Shown here in pieces: positions 23,806 through 36,969 of a DNA stretch of 64,000 nt. Source of the DNA: Curvularia clavata (Eukaryota); assembly GCA_023920165.1 (NCBI GenBank), contig CP089277.1, forward strand, positions 2,666,001 to 2,730,000, given 5' to 3'. How positions within the stretch are numbered: position 1 is the stretch's first letter; the number at the start of each line of letters is the position of its first letter. The notes under the pieces are model-generated. The model had not been told where the DNA came from and searched no databases. It saw nothing but the letters and a program-made list of their open reading frames with translations. The position numbers and the translations under genes were made by a program.

Positions 23806-24471
23806 ATTTTTCGATTGAACACAAGTTAATAAGATGAGTATATCAGTTGTAAAACACTTGCTGAAGGCAATGACATCCAGCTACGGTGGATTCAAAGGAG
23901 AGCTGCTCTCCTTAAGCGGGACGAAACAATACTGAATGTGGCAACGACATTACGAAGAGGTACATGAGTTAGCATTGATGACAAGAGAATAAGTAGCCAC
24001 AACAAAAGTACCTTCTTGCTCAAAGAAACCAATGCAGCCTACTGGAAATAAAAGGTCGAAAAGGGTTCTGCAATAAAAAATAGCAGGTCAGATGGAGGAC
24101 CTAGGTTTCAGAACTTCGGCACTGCTCTGAGTTCTTAAGCGTGCTCCACGTTGCGTAATCAGAAGCCTGGTACACATTACAGAACGACATCATTATCACC
24201 AATAGGCATAAGCCGATTGGGCAACAACTATTAGGGGTGTACCAAAAGCCTTTGAACCATGTTTGTGGTGAGGATACACATAGTGACATAGCGCAGCAGC
24301 TCACCACGCTGTTCTCGCGGCGTCAGTCCCTGTCTTAGCCGTCGCCTCCGAATACTATAGCTCGTTCGTCTATATGCACCAATGAAAGCTATACAATAGT
24401 TGTGAGGTGCCTTCAAGCTACGGCCATATCCATACGAGAATGACAAAGGGAAATAGCGGTAGACGTTCGCT

Positions 24472-24538
24472 AGGCATCAGTGAAAGTAACCTGCAAACGA
24501 CGCTCACCAGGCATCAGTGAAAACAACCTGCAAACGAC
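24472..24538. repeat. Direct repeat of 2 x 30 bp (28/30 identical), period 37 bp
   Basis: AGGCATCAGTGAAAGTAACCTGCAAACGAC at 24472-24501 and AGGCATCAGTGAAAACAACCTGCAAACGAC at 24509-24538. Confidence 0.9.
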
Positions 24539-24623
24539 CTTCATCTCAGCATCAATTCAGATCACCAGTCCCAATTCTCTTTCAACTTAACATTCTAATC
24601 CATACTTAGCACTACTTCCTACC

Positions 24624-25136
24624 ATGACCTCCCCCACCTCATCTCCATCCCCCAAACGCGACATCTTCCTCGTCGTATACCAAGACAAAATCGCCGTACC
24701 CGCACACTGGGCTCTCTTCGTTCCATTCTCCAATGACTCCTCGCACGGTACCAAGATCCATGCCATCGGCGCCCCGTTCTTCGGGTACGGGTTGGAAATC
24801 AACCCCTCTTACGATCTAAACGGCACCAAGCGGCGCCACATCAAGATCCTGCTCGGACAAGTCGACGAGGCCAAAGTACCGGAACTCGAGGAGGTGGCTA
24901 AAGTGGTGCCCACGCCTGGTGTCAGTAAGACGCCACTGGATCCGTTTGCGGTAGGATATTCATGCTGTTATATGGGTGTTGTGTGTGAGGAGTGGAATGC
25001 TAATGAGTGCCAGGGCGAGCATTGTCAGCATTGGCTGAGGAAATATGTCGATAGGTTGATTTTGAACAAGGTGGTAGAGAAGGATGTGGTCCGGGTTTTG
25101 GGGGAGGCGCCTACGTTGTACAACGGTGCGGCTTGA
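24624..25136 (+). CDS. Small fungal hypothetical protein (DUF6540-like; HW...CQ.W pattern suggests a permuted papain-like fold)
   Basis: Motifs HWALFVP, IHAIG.PF.GY.LE and HCQHWL. An in-frame 63-nt intron at 24951-25013 (GTAGGA...GCTAAT...CAG) removes a Cys-rich non-protein-like stretch. Confidence 0.7.
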   Translation: MTSPTSSPSPKRDIFLVVYQDKIAVPAHWALFVPFSNDSSHGTKIHAIGAPFFGYGLEINPSYDLNGTKRRHIKILLGQVDEAKVPELEEVAKVVPTPGVSKTPLDPFAVGYSCCYMGVVCEEWNANECQGEHCQHWLRKYVDRLILNKVVEKDVVRVLGEAPTLYNGAA

Positions 25137-25683
25137 TGGGCAGTCTGGTGCAATTTTATGGGATATTGATAGGGTAGCGTGAGGTCTGTTGACTAGCTAG
25201 GCCCTTCAGTGACATAGAAAGAAGCGGAATTATCCATAGCTGAGGAACGAGATAGAGCCAATCATTCTGCGTTTAATGAAGCACCTCTCTAAGACTTACT
25301 GTTGCTCGTATTTGCCTCAGGGATATGCTTTTCGGTTGCTCGATCCTGTCCCAGCTCCTTCGTCTTCTAGATAGATACTACTACACATTACGTGCATAGT
25401 TATTTCAACACGCTACTAGTCTTTGTGGGTGGGCTCTACGCCCGTGACGAAGCAACATATCTTGTCTAGTCGGTATCCTATTCTAGCATTCCTACGAGTT
25501 CTATGAGACAATTCATTTTTTGTGGTTATGGGTCACTCTTAGGATACCATAGAGTGCCAAAGGCATTGTATTGCTCAAGTAAATAAAGACTACACATGCA
25601 AGGTCTGCTTTGACTATCCGACACTTATGCATATCTCTTCAAGGCCTTGTAGGGTGAGTGTAATCTGGCCCTCAACACTACCA

Positions 25684-26617
25684 TCAATACCCAAAAGCAT
25701 GAGGATACCATTCCCACCAGTCGTAGAAATCAACAGGGTCGACAAATTGTGGGATATACTCCATGGCCCATTCCTCACCATACCAAGCAGTGTACAGAGC
25801 TTTACAATATTCCCAGTAATTTGGATACCATCCTGACTGATGCCAATCAATGATAGCAAGTACCTGGCCTGACCCATCAGCGGATACCATGATGTTGCTT
25901 CGATGAAGATCGGCATGAGTGAAAACAACTTTCGAGTCATCTGGAAGATGCTCCCGGATGGGATCTGTGGCTTCTGGGGCTTTGTCTTTCAGCACCACAG
26001 CGGAGAGCCAATCATGAAACTCTTTGACAGTGTTGAATGGTCCGGCTGGGGGTTTCTTACCGCCCGTGAGGACGGTATCCAGAAGCGGTTTTCGATCAAT
26101 TCGACCTTTGTAGATTAGCATAAGCTACGCGCTATTGTTTAATGAACGCACCAAGAAACTGATCATTTGGATCCTGCTGCACCTTGCGTAAAGCCTCCAC
26201 GATAGTGCGCAGTTGGGTGCAAACTTCCTTCCTCGCTTCCGGCGAGAGCACCTCCCACTGGCTCTCCAAGGTCACGCCTTGGATAAGTTCCATGTAGATG
26301 AAAACTTCGCCTCCCTCTTCACACCATCCATATACCTTAGGAACAGGTACTTCAGGTAGCAATTGGAGAGCTCGGAGGCAGTATGCTTCGGACGCAGCGA
26401 TGTCAACTCCATATTTTACAATGATGTTGAGTGAGTCGAACTTTGTTGCAATGGATCCCAACGTCTTTCGCAGCACTGGATTCTCTCGAACTTCTGCAGG
26501 CGAGGGAAAATGGGCGGGTCTGTTGCCGTCGAAAAAATCCAAGTTCTCGAGCTCGGAATGTCCTTCGGGTGAGACGATCGAAAGCGGATAGCGATTTGGC
26601 ACACGTTCAGAAGCCAT
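25684..26617 (-). CDS. APH/choline-kinase-like phosphotransferase (atypical kinase fold)
   Basis: Exons joined by an intron at 26106-26151 (GTGCGT...GCTAAT...AAG). Motifs IVKYG, VPVPKVYG, FIYMELIQG, Brenner motif FTHADLHRSNIMV and IIDWHQSGWYP.YWEY. Confidence 0.88.
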
Positions 26618-26763
26618 TGCAGTAGGCACTACACAGGCTTGTGACCACGTGAGTGTATTCTATACGTGTTAGTCATGAACTCATTCCTGATATGTTGTGC
26701 TTCTTACTGTAACCGAAGAACCAGGTGTAGTAAGGATCTCTATGCCCAAATCGGTATATTAGA

Positions 26764-26790
26764 AGTGGACTGAGTGGACTGAGTGGACTG
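26764..26790. repeat. Tandem 9-mer (AGTGGACTG)x3
   Basis: Read directly, upstream of the kinase gene. Confidence 0.9.
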
Positions 26791-27208
26791 TATGTTTCTG
26801 AGTCGGCATCCACTAGGCATCCAATTGGCTACCCCGCTGTTTGCAACCGACGTTACACCGCTTTGTGGCATCCCTGAATTTGTGTGATCTTCATGCAAAC
26901 GCCGCTTCCGTGCATAGTACGTACACATCTCGTATGACGCACGCTATCAGCCTCGCTTCGCGCAGAACAACACTACCAAAGACTTAGTGCGGGAAACCAG
27001 TGATATTTATGCGGATACAAGCATAATCATAGCGTAATGCTTCTTGGAATTATGTCGTGGCCTGTAATAGCTACAACACCATGTTGCGAACGTCTCGCAA
27101 CTGGACACATAGTAGCACACCACTCAATGTCAGAGTCTTAATTTCGTATGGTAATGGTATGGAGAAGCCGTAAGTAAACTAGGAGTGACAGGCCGTGTAA
27201 TACATGTC

Positions 27209-28944
27209 TCAAGCCTTCTTGAAGAAACTAGCAATGCTGCCCTGTCCTTTCATACCAGCACTCTTGCCCTTGGCTGAGCTTGCTGGTTTCGCAGGCACGG
27301 GCTTAGCTTTCTTTGGCGCAGGCTCTTCTTCAGAGAACGACTCCCATACAGCCTCTTCTTTGGTAACTGGAACACATCAGTAAAGCTACCAGAGTACGCA
27401 AAACCCCACTCACCGAGATAGCCCTCCTCGTCCTTGACCTTCTTCTTCTTCATCACACGTCTTCGGCCACGTCTTCGGCCGTTTGTAACAGTCACCGCTG
27501 TCTCACTCTCAGTTGGCTTTGATGTATCTGCTGCAGATTTGTCCGCTGGAGCTGTCTCAGGCAGTGATTCTGCTTCGACTGGCGCGTCGGGCATGTCTTC
27601 ATCTGTACCAGTTAGATAGGAGATAAACACCCGCCATGTCTGACTTACCATCGTCTTCCATCATCTTTCGCAGTCGCTCAGCTCGTTCTTCACGCGCTTT
27701 GCGAGCTGCTTCCTGCTTCTCCTCATCGATCTTGACTTCCGGCTCATCGTCTGGATCGCCTTCATCTTCGGACATGCCTTGCATTGGTTCTAGACATGTA
27801 AGCCATTTGGTATGGACTTTGGCATGAGGCCGACTTACCGTCTTCTGCAGGAGCCGGTGTAGACTCCTTCGCTTTCGGCTTAGCTTTAGCAAACGACTTG
27901 AATATATCGCTCGTTGCCTTATCCTTCTTCGCTCCCGACTTGGAATCGGACCGCTTGAGTGTACTTGAACCAGTTGCAGGCTGCGGCGTTGAACGTGCCG
28001 ATGCCTTCTCCTCAGATGTATTTCCTTTCTGTGCAGGGGCTACTGATTCCTTCTCCTTGACACCCAGGGTTGCTGCGCTCTTGGCAGCTGGCTTCTCAGT
28101 GGGCTTTGGTGCTGGCCTCGACGAAAGGGTCGAGGATTTGGCCGTGACAGGAGCATTTCTAGGTGTCCTTCTCTACTGGGATATGAGCTTGATTCTCTGT
28201 ATGCAGGATACAACAAATCTCATACCTTAATGTGCTGATTTTGAATCACGCCATAAGTCTTCCATCGCTCCAGAGGGTTCTCATCTGCGTGCTCAGTCAA
28301 AATCTCGTGATTACACAGAGACAGCACTCCGAAGGTCTAACGTCATTAGCATCATCCACTCCAAGTCCGAATCATGCATACCTCGAGTGGTCCGGGCTCT
28401 AAACTGTAAACATGAATTGATGCACCTTCTTCTAGCTCTGCAAGAGTCTCTGGTACAGCCGTCAGCAAGTCTCTCTAACGACCCTCAGCAAAACGTACCC
28501 TCCAACTCCTCTTCCCGCACCAGCAAGATCTGAGTCTCTTTCACACCCTTTGGTGCTGGCGTGTTCTCATCGTCCGAATTGGTTGCATAGTTCGAATCTT
28601 CGTCCTCCTCAGGCTCGGGCATGGAACTCATGACTGGAGAGCTGCGCATGTCGGTGTCTTCGCCCTTTCGTTGTTTGGAGCCATTGGCATGCGCGGTCCT
28701 TCGAGGCGTACCGGTGACGATATAGGTGGCGTGAACAGAGTTTGGTTTGCGTGCATTCTGTGTCTTGTGGAACTCAAAGAGCATCCTGTCTGTGTGAGCT
28801 GGCATTCATCTCTCGCCGTGGCGGTACTGACCGTTTCGCGGTGTTGACATTGGTCTTCAGCGCTCTGCTGAGCAACCTGTAGGTGACAGGCTTATGCTCG
28901 GCAAGAACCCTTGCTGCAAGATAATCCTTGTATTCTTCGGTCAT
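27209..28944 (-). CDS. cdc27: DNA polymerase delta subunit 3 (Cdc27/Pol32/POLD3)
   Basis: N-terminus MTEEYKDYLAARVL...VTYRLLSRALK.NVN.AK.ML.EF and HATYIVTG. Late motif RRRGRRRVMKKK..KDEEGYLVT.EE..WESFSE. C-terminal PIP box QGSIASFF. Seven GT-AG introns traced. Confidence 0.92.
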
Positions 28945-29000
28945 TGTGCTATCCCCGTGGTTGTCGCAGTCGTGATCACCGGTGGAGAAAGAAGTCGGGA

Positions 29001-29034
29001 AACCGCGTCGCGGGGCTGACTCAGGTTCACGCGT
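29001..29034. promoter_or_regulatory. MCB-like (MluI cell-cycle box) elements in the cdc27/TBCD divergent promoter
   Basis: ACGCGT at 29029-29034 plus CGCGTCGCG near 29004, inside a 181-bp head-to-head gap next to a DNA replication gene. Confidence 0.5.
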
Positions 29035-29125
29035 CGTGCGCTTCTGTCTTGACGAAACTGACTCAAGCGACAAGGCATCCGTCATTGCCCACAACCCAGC
29101 TAACAAGACTCCATCATGACCAAAG

Positions 29126-32100
29126 ATGAGCGCCGGTGAGGACGAAGATCTTAAATTGCAGAGAGCATCTGCCCTGCTGCTGTCTGACCTTGAGAGGCTT
29201 CTTCCGCGATTACTGCGGAAACGCCAGCAAGGCACCACACTAGGCCATGTCCGCCATAATGTTAGAACGACGGATATGCAGAAGGCTTGTAGCTTGGTAT
29301 GGCTTCGGGAAGCTGCTCAGTCAGACTTGGACTGACAATCGCTAGATCGAGCCCTTCCAAGAGGATCCCCAACTTCTAGATACTCACCTCAAAACTTTCA
29401 TCCCGCCACTCGTCACTACCTACTTGGAAACAATATTGACGAGCACCAAAGAGGAGCCCAAACATGGCTTTATGCCACTCTCACATGCTATATGTCATAT
29501 CCTGAATGTATTCTGTAAGGTCCGTGGCGAAAAGGTCATCAAAGGGTTCTTTAATAATGAGCCGCGTTACCTCGAACCAATTCTGAAGGAAGTTGAGGCC
29601 AGCAAAGACACCAGCGACGACTCCGAGACTGCTCAGCGGCAGGATGGCCAGCCTTGGGTTCGCCGCTACGTTCTCCTTCTATGGCTTTCGCAGCTACTGT
29701 TGGCGCCCTTCCCCTTGGAATCCATGTCTGGACTAGAGTCCTCTGCAGAAGCTTCAATTGCGCCTGGATTAAAGCTGCCTGATAAATTGCCTGGAATAAC
29801 TCTTCGCGTGCTTTCCATATGCATGTCACAACTTCAGGCTCCAACCAAAGAGAAAAGTGCTGCCGCCAAATTGCTGGTGCGTATCTGCGTGCGTCCAGAC
29901 ATGCAGAAGATCGGATTACTAGACGCCATGGTGTCATGGTCGCTTTCCTTCTTCTCAGAAGTGAACGACGACAAATTTGACATACATCAATGTCTCGGTG
30001 TATTGTCATTCATTTCTGGTCTCCTCGCGTCCGCTACGAACGAGGAGCTTGGTCCGTTCCTTGCTGCAACCTACCAATCTTGCAGAAAGGTGTTGGACCA
30101 AGAGAGCCTGGCTTTCATCAAATCGTCCGCCGTAGCTCGCAAACTCATCATAAAAAGCCTCCGTAATATCGTGCTGCACTGTTTACAGACAACAGCTGTT
30201 ATACCAGGACTGGATTCAACCACAATCCTGGAAGAAGTCATCGAATTTCTCCTAGAAGCACTCGCAGACGGCGATACTCCTGTTAGATACGGGGCAAGCA
30301 AAGCGCTCAGTATCATCACATTGAAGCTCGATGCAGATATGGCTGACGAGGTTGTTGAAGCCATTCTTGGATCCCTTACTGAGAACGTCTACTGGCAGGG
30401 TTCCACACGCAACCTGAGCAGCGTAAACCCACTGCGGTGGCACGGACTGACCTTGACACTTTCTCAGCTACTCTATCGAAAGGCCGTCCAAACAAACCAC
30501 CTACCAGATGTCCTCAACGCACTTCTACTCTCCCTTGGATTTGAGCAACGATCACCGACTGGCGGATCCATCGGTACAAATGTACGCGATGCGGCTTGCT
30601 TTGGCATTTGGGCGCTCGCAAGACGCTATGCCACTGCGGACCTCCTTTTAGTAGACACGGCGTCGATTCGGGCTTCGGAGCACCTTAAGACATTGAATGT
30701 GCCCCAGGTCCTTGCAATCGAGCTGGTAGTCGCCGCGTCCCTTGACCCAGCGGGAAACATCAGGAGGGGATCATCGGCTGCTCTGCAAGAACTGATTGGA
30801 CGACATCCAAACACGGTCGAAGAAGGTATACCGCTGGTGCAAATGGTTGACTTCCATGCAGTCGGCCTCCGTCAGCGAGCTATGTGCGATGTAGCGATCA
30901 AAGCGGGAGACTTGCATTCGCTCTACTGGGAGGCGCTGTTTGAAGGTCTCCTCAATTGGCGAGGTACAGGGTCTTTGGACTCTGACTCTCGTTTGTTTGC
31001 AGCGGAGGCCGTCGGATCTCTCTCCAGGGGCCGCTCACTGAACGTGTTGCAAAGGATGTCAAAACAAGTGCGCAGTGCGCTTGCAGCATTGCGGCCTAGA
31101 CAGGTAGAGGAGCGCCAGGGACTTGTGTCTGCGCTTGCAGCTCTCGTGAATACTGCGAGGGCTTCTGAAAGTAAAGCAGAAAGCGAGACCCTATATGCGT
31201 CTCTCTCAGGCCTTTGGACACTTTTGTCGAGCGATTTGAAGCTGGAAGACAAGGCGTTTACCTCGCCCGCACTACGGCCCCAATTCACAGCATCTTCTAT
31301 ATGTGCTTTCATTGGAGCGATGGCTACGTTCACGACCGAGTGCTTTGGTAGCGTCAATCCATCTGAGATACCCTCGGAGGAGGTCTGCCGTCTCTTCGAC
31401 CTCTGTCTTGTTCGTCACGAACAGCCAGTCTTGGATGGAATCGCTAGCACCTCTCCAGCCGTCGTTTTGCTTCTCTCCAAGATACCCGATGCCAACACAA
31501 TCGAGTTTGTGTCATCATGGCTAACAAAATTAGAAAACGAGGCATCATACAACGGACTGCGATGCTCAGGCCACGCAGTCGCGCTCGGAGCCGCGTACGC
31601 CAACTTGAGTAACCTCCCTGCTAACGCAGAAAGAGAGGATCTACAACGTCGCATTGTCAAGGTGCTTACATTCCGATGCACGGCAGCCGTAGCCATCGAA
31701 GCTCGCATCGTAGCCCTACGTGCCTTGGGCGATTTACTCAGCAGCAAATCCTCAGGCCTGTACCACCTCGCTTCCGATTCAGAGACGCAAATCGGAAGCG
31801 CTCTACACATTGCTCTCAACGACTACACGATTACAGAACGGGGAGACGTTGGTGCCCTCGTCCGCCTGGAAGCCCTGAACACCGTTCATTTAGCCTGGAC
31901 ATCAGGTCTCCTTACTTCACAGCACGAAACATGCGGCCAAGAGATCTACGCAGATGTGTTGCGCTTGTCGCTGGAGAAGCTGGACAAGATGCGTGTAAAG
32001 GCGAGTCAAGTGCTGCAGAAGACCATCGACCCTGGTGCCCTGGACGCCGGCGTCTCGTCCAAAGCGTACTTTCTCAATGCAATCACTCTCTCGCAGTCGT

Positions 32101-32828
32101 CAGTGGACGCTGTCATCAAAGAGGCCATCTGTTTGGGGTTCGTGAGCTCTGCAGGCATGGGCTCAGAGTCTGTGGTGCAGAACTCGCGGATGGCATTGCT
32201 GAGCTTCGTTGATACGCTACCAGACGAAGAGGACGCTATGCAGTATACCCTTGTTGATTTCGCAAACTGCTTCCTAGGACTTCTCAAGAACAATCTTGAC
32301 AATGACAGGATCCTGCTTCCGCTACTCGAGGTTGCGGCGTTCTTGTTCGATATGCACGTTATGCAGCGTTTGACGGCGACAAGCTTCAAGTAGGTGTCTT
32401 ATAGTCTTACCAAAGAAGAGAAAGTGAGAGTAGATTGCATGCTAACAACGCCTAACAGTTTTCGAAGCCTGCTCTCATACACACAGAAAGCTCATTTCAA
32501 ATCAACGCATGTGCAGAAGTTGCACCTCGCCCTGGACATTTACCGCGGTCTGGGCACGATTCCTGCTACGCGCACCGACACGCTGAGCAAAGTCACCAAT
32601 ATGCTTTTGCATCCGTTTCCGAAAGTGAGTGCTTTATTTGTGATATATTTCACTACAAGGTGATGCTAATACAGCGAGTAGATACGCGTCACGGCAGCAG
32701 AGACACTCTGGTTTCTAACGCAAGAAGAGGGACTGAAGCGACATGACTGGAGTCTGCCATCGAAGAGCTTGAAGCCTGCAGTCGATGAGATAAAGTCCGC
32801 ATTGGTAGCAAACAAGGAGCCACGGTGA
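29126..32828 (+). CDS. TBCD: Tubulin-folding cofactor D (TBCD/Alp1/Cin1)
   Basis: IEPFQEDPQLLD, KVRGEKVI..FF.NEP, LLLWLS.L.L.PF.L, NVRDAACFGIWALARRY, NDYTITERGDVG..VRLEA and EKLDKMR. Introns near 29297-29346, 32390-32458 and 32625-32681. Confidence 0.93.
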
Positions 32829-32916
32829 GCAGGTAAAGCTATGGCGATGCATCTAACAAGCGGTAGTAGTTGTTCAAGAATAGCTAATTGATAGTATTCA
32901 TCGTCTAATGTCTAGC

Positions 32917-34260
32917 TCAAAGCTTAGCTCTTATCTTATCTTGTTGCAGAGCATCGAGCACCAGTTGCTCAGCTTCCCATGCGCTGCCCCAACCGCTTTG
33001 GTAGCCATAACCTGCGTGTCCATAGCTGTGTACAACCCATTTACCATCAATCATCTCCTTCTCAACCCTTGGTCCACCAGTCCTCATTGGCCGCAAACCC
33101 ACGCCGTGTCTGATGACACTGAGTTCAGTTACCTTTCCCGTTTTTGGTGCGAGTGAAGGACACAAGTCAATCGAGCGCTGCATGATACGCTGAGCAAGAT
33201 TAGGATCCGGCTGGCTCTCCCACGAGCCGTGCTGCAGACATCCACCAAGAATGGTGCCTCCACCGACAGCTCGTTGCATGATGTAGGTAGCTTCGTCACT
33301 ACCGTCATCAGTACCACTGACAGTCAGCATAATACCTGGCTCGTTTCTGACTAGCACAATCTGGCCGCGCCCTGGGTACACGTTGGCATCCATAACGCCG
33401 CCGAGCTGGGCAGCAAGGAGACCGGTGCAGTTTACCACGACATCGGCATGGCCAGAGGGGTGGAAGCTGGCTGCTTCGGAAATGTGAGAGAGAATGCCAC
33501 GTTTGAATACCACGCCTGCTTTTACGCACTGGCCGAGGATCCAGGGCAGGTACACGGCAGTGTTGATGCAGACAGAAGAGAACTCGGTGCCAGTGTCACA
33601 GTCGTCTGGGAGCTCATGTTTGCCCAGGACACGGAACTAACAGTCATCAGTCACACTCTACCACAATACCAGTCGACAAAAATGGCATACATTAGGCACC
33701 ACGTCCTTGAACCACGCATCTTCCTTGGTCAATTCCTCAAACCACTGGCCAGTCGTCGTGCCTGCATCCTTCTTCCTTCCATACACTCTTGTGTTCTGGA
33801 AATGAATGCCAGCCTCGGGGACGTTCCGACAGAGTCGCTCAAGCTCAGGCCAGGTAGCTTTCTCGAAGCGCTGCAGATTGGAGCCTGGCTTACCAACGGG
33901 GAAATAGTTGGCTCCAGCCCAGGGGGAAGCATATTCTATATCATAATCCCCGGGCATGTGCTTGGCAACGACGGTGATGCTGAGGTTCTTGTGCTTAGAT
34001 AGCACCTAATCACCACGACGAAATTAGAAGTGTTCAACCATATTCAACTAAAAAGAAAAAGAGACGAACGCACCAAGGCGGTGGAGAGGCCGATTACGCC
34101 CGCACTGGGGTAGCAAAGTCAGCATGGATCACGGCGTGCGGACTACGGACTACTGTGGGGAGGAGAGGCGGGTCGGCACATGAAAATTGCCAGCCCAATG
34201 GAAGGAGTCATGATGGGCGGGCTGAGCTTACCCCACAACAACGACATTGCGAGTGGCCAT
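32917..34260 (-). CDS. DAO1: D-amino-acid oxidase, peroxisomal
   Basis: GAGVIG dinucleotide-binding motif split over exon 1 and a 31-nt exon (34074-34104). Motifs YASPWAGAN, VVNCTG, GLRP.R and HSYGHAGYGYQSGWG. C-terminal PTS1 AKL. Introns at 34105-34231, 34006-34073 and 33637-33690. Confidence 0.93.
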
Positions 34261-35182
34261 GATGGGTGTGTTGGCAGGGTTGGGAGCAGGCGAGGGTGTT
34301 TGGTCGGGTCACATGGCATCACATGTGGTGTTCAGTCATAGTAGTAGCAGTTGGTCGAGGTTGGCGGGGTCATGCTGCCTACCCTCGCCTTTTCCCCCCT
34401 CGCCTATTGGCTGCCCTGCCCACACGAGCACAAAACGCGTGCCTTTGTTTACTTTACTACGTCCATACTTGTCATCTACTCACCAGAAGGCTGCGCTCCA
34501 ACTTCAGTTGCAAACCTCTTCTCCCTAACTCTGCTCCACGCTCGCGCCCGAGACCCGCAAAAGAAAACACCACACATTCACCGTCGGGCCCTGCTTTTTT
34601 TTTCTGCTCGCCCCTCACCGCCCACTGTGCAGCACGAAAATCAGTCGGGCGCTGCCCCAGCGGCTAGCTAGGGGGAGGCTCTGTGGTGCCTGACATCATT
34701 GCTCGAGTCCGAGGTATGCAGGCCGAAGATTTTTCCGCCCGAAGACAGTGCTGGCCTCGCCGGGAGCTCGCCCCCAAGAGTACAATACAAAAAGACGCCG
34801 TGGTTGGCTGAAGCCCGTTTGTCTCCCATTGTCCTGGTATTGTGCGCACGCTGGTCCCGAGTCAGGCTGCGTTCGTTTGTTCCTGAGACTCGCCAAGCGG
34901 AGCCATCCCTGCTGCCCGTGTCCCTTTACCAGAGCTTCACAAGTTCGGAGCGCGTCACACAGGATATTGTTCCTCTCCTGCTCACCCATCACCGGCCACG
35001 ACCTTCACCATTCACCGTGGCGTGGCCGGCCCAATCCCTCTTCTGCAGTCACCTATTGTTGCTCTGCTCCTCAATACCTTCCCATTTATCCATGACCACC
35101 TCACCCCGCCTGTGCCTTCGTCCTCTCTGCACTATACACCGACTTCTCCTGTCCCCCAAACACCCTTGCTACAACCGCAACC

Positions 35183-36287
35183 ATGACTACCCGCAAACTC
35201 CGGGCCAACTCGCCTGAATTTCCCATTTTAGACGCCAACTCCCTCTACGCGAGCAAGATTCGTGGCGACGGTGAGCTTGCATTTCCAAATCTCCCCTCGC
35301 TTCGCTTCTAACTTTGGCCCAAGGCAACTGTCTATTCAACGCCCTCTCTGACCAGCTCTATGGCCACCAAGACATGCACGAGGTCCTGCGTGCCGCCACC
35401 ATAGAGCACATGAAAGCCTCCGCAGAGTTTTACCGTCAGTATATGGCCGTCAACACTGTGCGGAGGAACCCCAAGCGCAAGACTACGGCCGCCACCACCA
35501 AGCGCCTCGACACAACCTACTATACCGAAGAGCAGCTGCAGCTGCAGTTTGACCAACATGTAGAGAAAATGGGCCAGCCCGGTGAATGGGCAGACAACAT
35601 GGAGGTGTCAGCCTTTGCCTCCGCTCTCAACGTCAACGTCCGCCTGTGGCAAGCAGACTATTCGTACCTTTTCTCTCCACGCACCACTTCTGCCTCGAAT
35701 GACGATCCTGCTGCGGACCACAAGCGGCAGACACTCCACATTGCTTACCACGTAAGTCTTAGGCTCCTGCTGCCTTGTCCCTCTCCATACTAACGTAGTG
35801 TTTACAGACTTGGGAGCACTACTCTTCCGTCCGCAACCTCGCCGGTCCGCACACGGGCATCCCCAACGTCACCGTCGTGCCAAAAGCCATCAGCAAGAAA
35901 CGTCCGAGCCCCAGCGTCGACGGCGACTATGACGACCAGTCCCAGCGTTCACGCAAGCGTCGCTCCCCTTTACCACTCTTCGATTCTGATTCTACACCAG
36001 AGGGTACTGAGAGCTCGTCCGACGAATCAAACGGATTCGCGGCCTCGCAGCAGTCTGCTATCCAGGTCCCTGCCCCTGAGCCACCCAAGCCAGTCAAGCT
36101 TACTATCAAGCTCCGTGGACTGCGTGCTTACGATGCTTCCTCTACTGACTCGTCTCGCGAGTCTACCCCTGCAGTGAGGACAATACTGCCTATCACTGAT
36201 GCCAGGACCATCCCAGTTGAAACAACTGCCATCCAGAGCTCTGCAGGCACCAAGAATATCACTCCCTGTTATGACTTTATCGTCTGA
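35183..36287 (+). CDS. OTU-domain cysteine protease (deubiquitinase)
   Basis: Catalytic GDGNCLFNALSDQLYG across intron 35271-35323, then GEWADNMEVSAFA and HIAYH/TWEHYSSVR across intron 35752-35807. Confidence 0.9.
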
Positions 36288-36519
36288 AAGACTTGATCGT
36301 CTCACAAAGGGATACAGTGGACGAGGTGGAACATGGTTGATTTATGATTGTTTGATGATGACGAGACGATGATACCCTTACAGCATACGGCGGGCGCCTT
36401 CTTCTTTTTATATCCCCCCCAGCCTGCATTGTCCTTTTACTTTCCCATATTCCCCTTTCTTTCGGTTCTCATCTTCTTCTTCGGCAAATCTCGCGTTCTT
36501 GCATAAAGCATACGAGCAT

Positions 36520-36544
36520 CACACACACACACACACACACACAC
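36520..36544. repeat. (CA)n microsatellite
   Basis: Read directly between the OTU and TRS85 3' ends. Confidence 0.95.
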
Positions 36545-36969
36545 GCACAAAGTATGGCTGGGTTTCGGGTGGGTGGTTTTCATCATCCCAATTCGTTTGC
36601 ATATGCCAGTGCGCATTATGACAGAATACTGGAACCGCCAAGGGTGCCAAAGTGCTTGGGCCCTTGGTGCGTCTTTTCTGTCTACTGGCTTTGGAGTTTG
36701 AAGGATTCCTGTGCGTGCTTTTATTTTAGAGTCTTTTCGACTGACTGCATGAAATGAATGATGTAATGGAATGCCATAGTGCCTCTTGCAGCTGCCGAGA
36801 GGTCTTCGAAATCAAGATTATATACTCCACTTCGTTGACCATGCGTTTGCGTGTCACTTGAACTCTATCATCGCTTATATTTACTCTCTCATGAGAAGAA
36901 GAAGAAGAAACGCAAAAAAAAAGAGACTTCGTAACCATTACACATATCTCTATCCTTCCTCTCAACTCG

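Noticed and set aside
24472..24538. Direct repeat as a CRISPR-like array
   Set aside because: Only two copies with a 7-bp spacer, eukaryotic context and no cas genes.
25140..25680. TpA-rich spacer as a RIP-degraded transposon
   Set aside because: No terminal repeats or transposase/RT remnants were recognisable; a RIP-index calculation and repeat search would be needed.
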